Below, piece after piece: positions 58,332-64,000 of a stretch of DNA of 64,000 nt. The DNA lies in the NCBI GenBank assembly GCA_010909165.1, contig MU008193.1, forward strand, positions 124,001 through 188,000, written 5' to 3'. The first letter of the stretch is position 1. Each line of letters begins with the position of its first letter. A program made the position numbers and the translations under genes. The DNA is from Anthoceros angustus (lineage: Eukaryota > Plantae > Anthocerotophyta). The notes beneath the pieces were generated by a model that was not told where the DNA came from, ran no database searches, and saw only the letters and a program-made list of their open reading frames with translations.

Positions 58332-59540
58332 AGTTACAAAGATGACATGTCCTAACAACATACGAACATAGGCTACCATAACATCATAAGCACATAGGCT
58401 AGTGTAACATTTCTTTTGGGTACTCGTTACCCTAAAACCCTAATCTCTCCATTATTAATCATAATCGTTATCATAATAGTAAGATAAATTGTATAGAACT
58501 CTCTATAATGATGATCGTTTCCGGTGACTAATCGGACACATAATGTGTGAAAGTATCAACAGTAGGGGAATGAATCGTTTCGGGATACCCTAATTATTCA
58601 CCTTATACTTGACCTTTGGCAGTTTCGGGATCTGCTCAGCTCTAATGTCAAATCCTTCTCAAGTTTCTCATTTATTGCCAGCTAATTGTCCAGCTTCTCG
58701 CTCAGTTTCTCCATGTCGTCACAAATATCCAAAGGTGGAATGTGCTTGGACCACGTCCTCCTGAAGTAAAATTTAGTACTACAAAAATAACCCTCCATAT
58801 TCTCGTAGTCTTGCGAGTAGGAGTAGGACAAGAGTGTCCACCATGTGTTGTGCTCTTGTTTTTTTTCTTTTTTTGTATTGCCTTCATTCAAAGCATAAAT
58901 GCCGATATGTACAACAAAGGCCTCTGTCGGGACTTGAGGAATCATTGACATACCATGCCTAATTTTATCAAAATAACCCGGACAAATTGAAAGGCTTTAT
59001 GAAAGGTGGCTAATCTTATTAGGAGAGAGATTAAAATGCAGGATTAATGCTAAGGGTAAAAGGTGAACATAAAGATACTGCTCTATGCAATGGGACCAGA
59101 TAGTTAGCGCAAGAGCTTACAGTTTTGGAAAAAGAACAGTTTATCAACAAGCAGTTATTTGGGATCTTAACATTATGGACGATTCACTCAGAGCTTAAGG
59201 GCTAACGTAGACGTTTAGCAGCATTTAGGAACATGCTATACAGTTGCCTTGCATACTTAGCTAAGCATTCTTTTGATAGTTCGGGCCCTTGGAGCTTTGT
59301 GTGTGCAGATCTTGCAGCTCATAGATCTCCTAGTTATGTAAATTGAATATTAAACTAAAGCGTGACTTAAGTAATTGAATCATGTGAATTATGTTGCAAT
59401 CCTGTGCGTTTGTATGATGTTTGTATCAAAACAAATTACATGAGTATTTTTAGAACATAGCTAGATCAGCAAAGAACATCATTTTAAGGTGGGGAAGAAG
59501 TGACCCAAGACTACAAAAAAATGTTTTTTCCACTCAAACT

Positions 59541-59875
59541 GAGGGAGAGGGCCAATAAATTTTGGTTCCCTCGTCAATCTTGTATGCTATGAGCCACCAT
59601 TAAGAGTGGATGATGACCCATGTAATAAGCACGGCATGGTGTCAATCTATTTAACATGAGTAGCCATGATGCGTACGACGAGGAGGAAGCGCTCAAGGAA
59701 AAGCATCAAATAAGCATAAGAATGTGATCACCCACTCATACTAAGGGAGAGGGCCAACAAAGTTTGGTTCCCTCATCAATCTTGTATGTTGTGAACCACC
59801 ATTAAGAGTGGATGATGACAGGTAGCCTTGATGCGTACGACGGGGAGGAAGCGCTCAAGGGAAAGCATCAGTTGT
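59541..59875. repeat. Imperfect tandem duplication (~200-bp period)
   Basis: GGGAGAGGGCCAA…TTTGGTTCCCTC…CCACCATTAAGAGTGGATGATGAC…GGAGGAAGCGCTCAAGG occurs at ~59541 and ~59744. Confidence 0.85.
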
Positions 59876-60174
59876 GCACTTATAAGAATATACACGTATA
59901 TCAGTATAGGGGCTAGCCTCCCCACTAGAAATACAAATATAAATAAAATATACATATAAGAAGCTTTGTTGAATCTAAGATATTCAGAAGTAAGACTCTT
60001 TAAGGCGTGACACCTCAATGCTGTGCTCTCAACTTTGACAACCCACAAGGACACTTCACATCTCACCTTTGTTGGCCAAAACAAGGCATGCAAAACCAAC
60101 ACCAACAGGCACCATGTAGATATAAATACAGCCCAGAACAATGAAGAGTCGAGAGGGTAGAATCACCCAACATT

Positions 60175-61430
60175 GGGCTGCTCAGTAGATGGAACAACCT
60201 GTGGGGATTGTTACCTTGTGCTATGCTCCGTTTTTATCTTTCTTTAGAGGCACAACTGTGGCAGCAACATACTGTGAATTTGATTTCCGAATCAGTCCTA
60301 CTGCCAACAACTCCTTGCACCTCTTGTCTACCATGTCCCACTCTAGCGGGCTCAATCTGTGGCATCTTCGGAAGATGGGCTCCTGGGTGGTAGTCACAAT
60401 TTTGAACTTGATCTGATCATATCTTGATCCCAGCTTGTTCCAGCTGAACGCAAAAGCCCCCCAGTTTTGATCCAGCATATCTCTTATCTTCGTTTGATCC
60501 TCCTTACTGATGTCACCTTTGACCTTCCAGATGTGCACCTCCTTGGTCACTATCTTTCTCTTCACCTCTGTGGCAACTACACTAGTGCACGTTTGCAGAT
60601 TCGGCTCACCAACGCTATTCTCCTCATCTGCAGCAGGCCATGTGGTGACCACATGGGTACTCAGACCCCCTCGAAAAGGAGTGTTTTTTTTGTTTTGTGT
60701 TTAAGTTGTGAGAATCGTGTGGAGTTGGAATGTGAAGTAGGTTAGCAAATAAGAAAAGTCTACTAGAGCCTAGTAGGAGGAAGAGAGTCTAGTCCTGATC
60801 CCGGATGTAACCTTGAGGGTTGGCTGCTCGAGATGGAACAACTGTGGGGATTGTTACCTTGTGCTATGCTGCTTTTATCTTTCTTTAGAGGCACAACTGT
60901 GGCAGCAACATACCGTGAATTTGATTTCGAATCCCTCACCGCCAACAACTCCTTGCACCTCTTGTCTACCATGTCCCACTCTAGCGGCTCAATCATGGCA
61001 TCTTCTAAGATGGGCTCGGTGGTAGTCACAATTTTGAACTTGATCCGATCATATCTTGATCCCAGCTTGTTCCAAATAACGCAAAGCCCCAGCTTTGATC
61101 CAGACATATCTTATCTTCGCTTTGATCCTCCCATCGATGTCACCTTTGACGGATGTGCACCTCCTTGGTCACTATCTTTCTCTTCACCTCTGTGGCAACT
61201 ACACTAGTGCACGCGTATTGCTCACCAACGCTATTCTCCTCATCTGCAGCAGCCATGTGGTGACCACATGTACCCCCTCGAAAAGGAGTGTTTTTTTTTT
61301 TTGTGTTTAAGTTGTGAGAATCGTGGAGTTGGAATGTGAAGTAGGTTAGCAAATAAGAAAAGTCTACTAGAGCCTAGTAGGAGGAAGAGAGTCTAGTCCC
61401 GATCCCGGATGTAACCTTGGAGGGTTGGTC
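60175..61430 (-). mobile_element. Ty3/Gypsy RT N-terminal fragment, tandemly duplicated (~630-650-bp unit)
   Basis: EPIFRRCHRLSPLEWDMVDKRCKELLAVGLIRKSNSQYVAATVVPLKKDK. The second copy (60830-61430) has many small deletions. Confidence 0.85.
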
Positions 61431-64000
61431 GCCGACCTGCTAACGCGGTTGCTAACAGGACTGCTATGTGACAACAACCGACGGAGCTGCTATGGTAGCA
61501 ACTAAGTCGGAGTTATTTTCCGATAAATTCGGAAACCTATTTGGGCGAAATCACAGGAAATACCCGAACGGGAAGTCAGGGGGGAACATGGAGGTACTTG
61601 ATCCATGCCTTGACCTGCACCGGATCCTACCTATGGGTTGGACTCTTATGGAGGAGACTTTCACCGACCCATCCGATTCAAGAGCTCACCGAGGAGGAGT
61701 ACTGGCTATGTTGAGCACAAGAGAGGGAGGAGTCCAGCTCGAGGAGGTGGAGATTTTGTGGGAGAGTTTGCCCAACCAGCCAAGAGGGAGGAGAGCAAGA
61801 GGAGCATGGGGCCTAGGAGGCCTAGGAGAGATAATAGGGTAAGTGAAATAGTCAGAGGCCCATGTGCTATAGATAGATCAGAATCTTATCTTCTCATAGT
61901 GGATGTAATTAAGAGATAGGCCTCAGGATTGGTAGGCTAAGACCGATTGGTATTTTTGGCAAGCCAAGCTACTTTTGTGGGTCGATCTTGGGTATAAGAG
62001 GCGCCCTCTTGATGAAATGTAAGCAATGTTGGTTTAAGGTCTTGGTGTTTGGAATGAGCACGGGGTTTGGGGGTACCATCCAAAGGTAAGTCTAGACATG
62101 CTTTGTCACAGAGAAGCTAAGAAGACCACTGTTGCCTAGATGTGTGGCCGATCCGCAAGGGTGGTGGAAAGCAAGGGAGGGAGCCTTGAGGTCTCCTTGG
62201 AGGGAGTTTCCAAGGTCAAGAGGAAGGGGTTGTGAAGCCGGGAGGCTGTCCACTCTTCCTCATTCCCTTCAGCTAGTCTAGTACTCACCTTGTGTTTTGA
62301 GTTTGTGTGTTGGAGGTGGTGTTTGGGAGAAGAGAGGCGGGAGCCTGTGTGAGGAGAAGACAAGGCGGGAGCCTGTGTGTGGAGGAGAAGTCAAGGAAAA
62401 GTCAAGTGAGTTGGAGGCCGTGGGCTTGTGTGTTTGGAAAATGAGAGGAAAAGTGAACTGTGAGAGAAGTGGAGAATGGACATGGAGAGTTGCTGATTGG
62501 CTGTTTGAGAGGAGTAAGAAGGACTGGAGAAGTCTGTAAGTGATGTTTGTGTTGCTGAAGAGAGTGAGTGGAGGTTGAAGATCCCGTGAGTGGATGAGAC
62601 GGAATGATTAAGGTAGAACAAGTATTTTGAGAGTTGGTGAAGTGCTGTAAGGGCCTGGATGAGAACCTTGTAAGGACTGGAGAGGTCTGAGCTGGAAAGT
62701 GGAGATTGAATGGGGCGTGAGGTGTGAGAACAAGGAGAGTTGAAGAGAGTTGCTGGGAAACTTGGAGAGTGTGGGGAGGATCATGAGGCACCTCAAGGGG
62801 CTGTGAGAGCTGGAGAGGTCTGTATGGAGCTTGGAAGGTGAGTGAAAAGGCTGGAGGAGAGACAAGGAAGTCTCAAGAAGTGCAAGAGAAAGGGGTAGTT
62901 TGTGTGAGCAACCCTTTAAGTGAGTTGTCCTAGGTTTAGGTTTAGAGATTAGGGTTAGGGCTGCTTAGGTTGTCCATAAATAGTGTGTGAAAAGGTGACA
63001 CGTGGCTAACTCGATTGGTGGATCTAACTTTGTGGATAGATAAGAGAGAGGGTGTCCAACCTTATCCACTTGGATCCCAAGTGGGTCCCACCTTCTATTA
63101 ATAGCCGACTGATCCCAAGGTGGACCCCACTCGCTAAAATAGAGGGTGGTTGCTAAGATAGCAACCGGCCGTGCTGCTAAGGTAGCAGCGTGGCTAAGAT
63201 AGCCATGTGTCCGAGTGTTGTTAGGATAGTAGCTGTCTCAGAATCGCTAGATGTTTTGGTGTGTCCGTGTTTGGTTGGATTGGCTATGTTTTGGTTGTCT
63301 TGACACGAAATCACTCCCTTGGGTACGAATCTCAAGTCTACAACGATAAAGAGGGTAAATGTGGCCTCTTTGTGACCACTTGGTTTAGAAAATCACTCCA
63401 CATTTTGGCGCCGTTGCCGGGGAGTGTCATTGTTGTCAAGACCTTAGAGTAGACTAACCTTGTCTAGTAGTGTATTAGGAGTCTTGAGTGTGATACATGG
63501 ATGCTACCCATTGAGTCTGAAAGTTCCGACTCCAGCCGTGAAGAGAAGACTCCAGCAAGAAGACAACGTCAAGCCGTGGAGCGAGGCTAAGGGTCGCATC
63601 GAGAGCCGAGGAGAGCACAGCAGCAACGACTGAGGAGCCAAGAAGCAAGCAACAGTCGCCTAGGACCGATGACCATCCTTGTCTTCGACCTCCGTCGAAC
63701 TTGTGCACCGTGAACTCAAAGAACTTTTGGACAGTATGCTAAGAGATCCTGCTAGACCAACAATCGCGTTGCGATAGTGACGACGTCATGGCGACTTCAG
63801 CCTTTTGCAATAACTACAGCCCATACCCACCGTATGGAGAGAAGAAGGTATGAAGATCCGACGAGTTTGTTGAACGCTTTGAGCAACTAACCATTGCAAA
63901 TCGTGAACTGGGATCCGCAAGGGTGGTGGAAAGCAAGGGAGGGAGCCTTGAGGTCTCCTTGGAGGGAGTTTCAAGGTCAAGAGGAAGGGGTTGTGAGCCG
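61430..64000 (+). mobile_element. Athila-like Gypsy: LTR end, tRNA-Asp PBS, start of gag, then a second LTR-internal copy
   Basis: …CTCCACA (63402) TTT TGGCGCCGTTGCCGGGGA (63406-63423). A gag-like EDPxEFVERFEQL lies at ~63855-63900, and 63912-64000 repeats 62151-62240. The LTR 5' boundary was not determined. Confidence 0.8.

Noticed and set aside
62935-62962. TTTAGGGTTTAGAGATTAGGGTTAGGG as an interstitial telomere
   Set aside because: Only a few degenerate units lie inside an LTR; such telo-box-like motifs are common.
57151-63472. TCTAGTAGTG at 57151-57160 and 63463-63472 as the partner end of the CACTA at 56467
   Set aside because: Only 9 bp match the TIR, both are followed by TAT rather than the expected AGC, and Copia protease sequence does not resume.

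Overview
Eukaryotic land-plant nuclear DNA with spliceosomal introns and abundant Copia, Gypsy, CACTA and hAT sequence. The GRP-ending DYW:KP PPR genes point to a seed-free plant with U-to-C organellar editing, most likely a hornwort, though a fern or lycophyte is possible; this is inference. Layout: (1) 1-20.4 kb is a transposon nest. A Copia element has its protease DSG motif split by a ~17-kb CACTA element (2368-19331, 3-bp TSD TAG), which carries a GC-rich, internally reshuffled ~12-kb insert. A half tRNA-Trp gene is fused to an upstream duplicate of the Copia gag. (2) 20.4-27.4 kb holds PPR relics, an F-box gene with one in-frame stop and a hAT MITE. (3) 27.5-42 kb is a tandem array of five PLS-E-DYW:KP (GRP) PPR genes. 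Each carries an N-terminal motif, in the same reading frame as the PPRs in four copies, that matches the PDF ssDNA-binding motif of organellar OSB proteins. This is the most striking feature of the window. (4) 43.3-47.8 kb is a head-to-head pair of secreted, Cys-free, Arg/Glu-rich 11S-globulin-like bicupins sharing an RY/ACGT-rich intergenic region. (5) 48-64 kb holds Copia remnants, a second CACTA end (again in a Copia protease region) with a 9-bp array, an intact 5-exon Dr1/NC2beta-like gene, and Gypsy/Athila remnants. Near-identical repeats differ by many 1-3 nt indels, so individual frameshifts may be sequencing or assembly errors. All family assignments are from recalled motifs; no database search was run.
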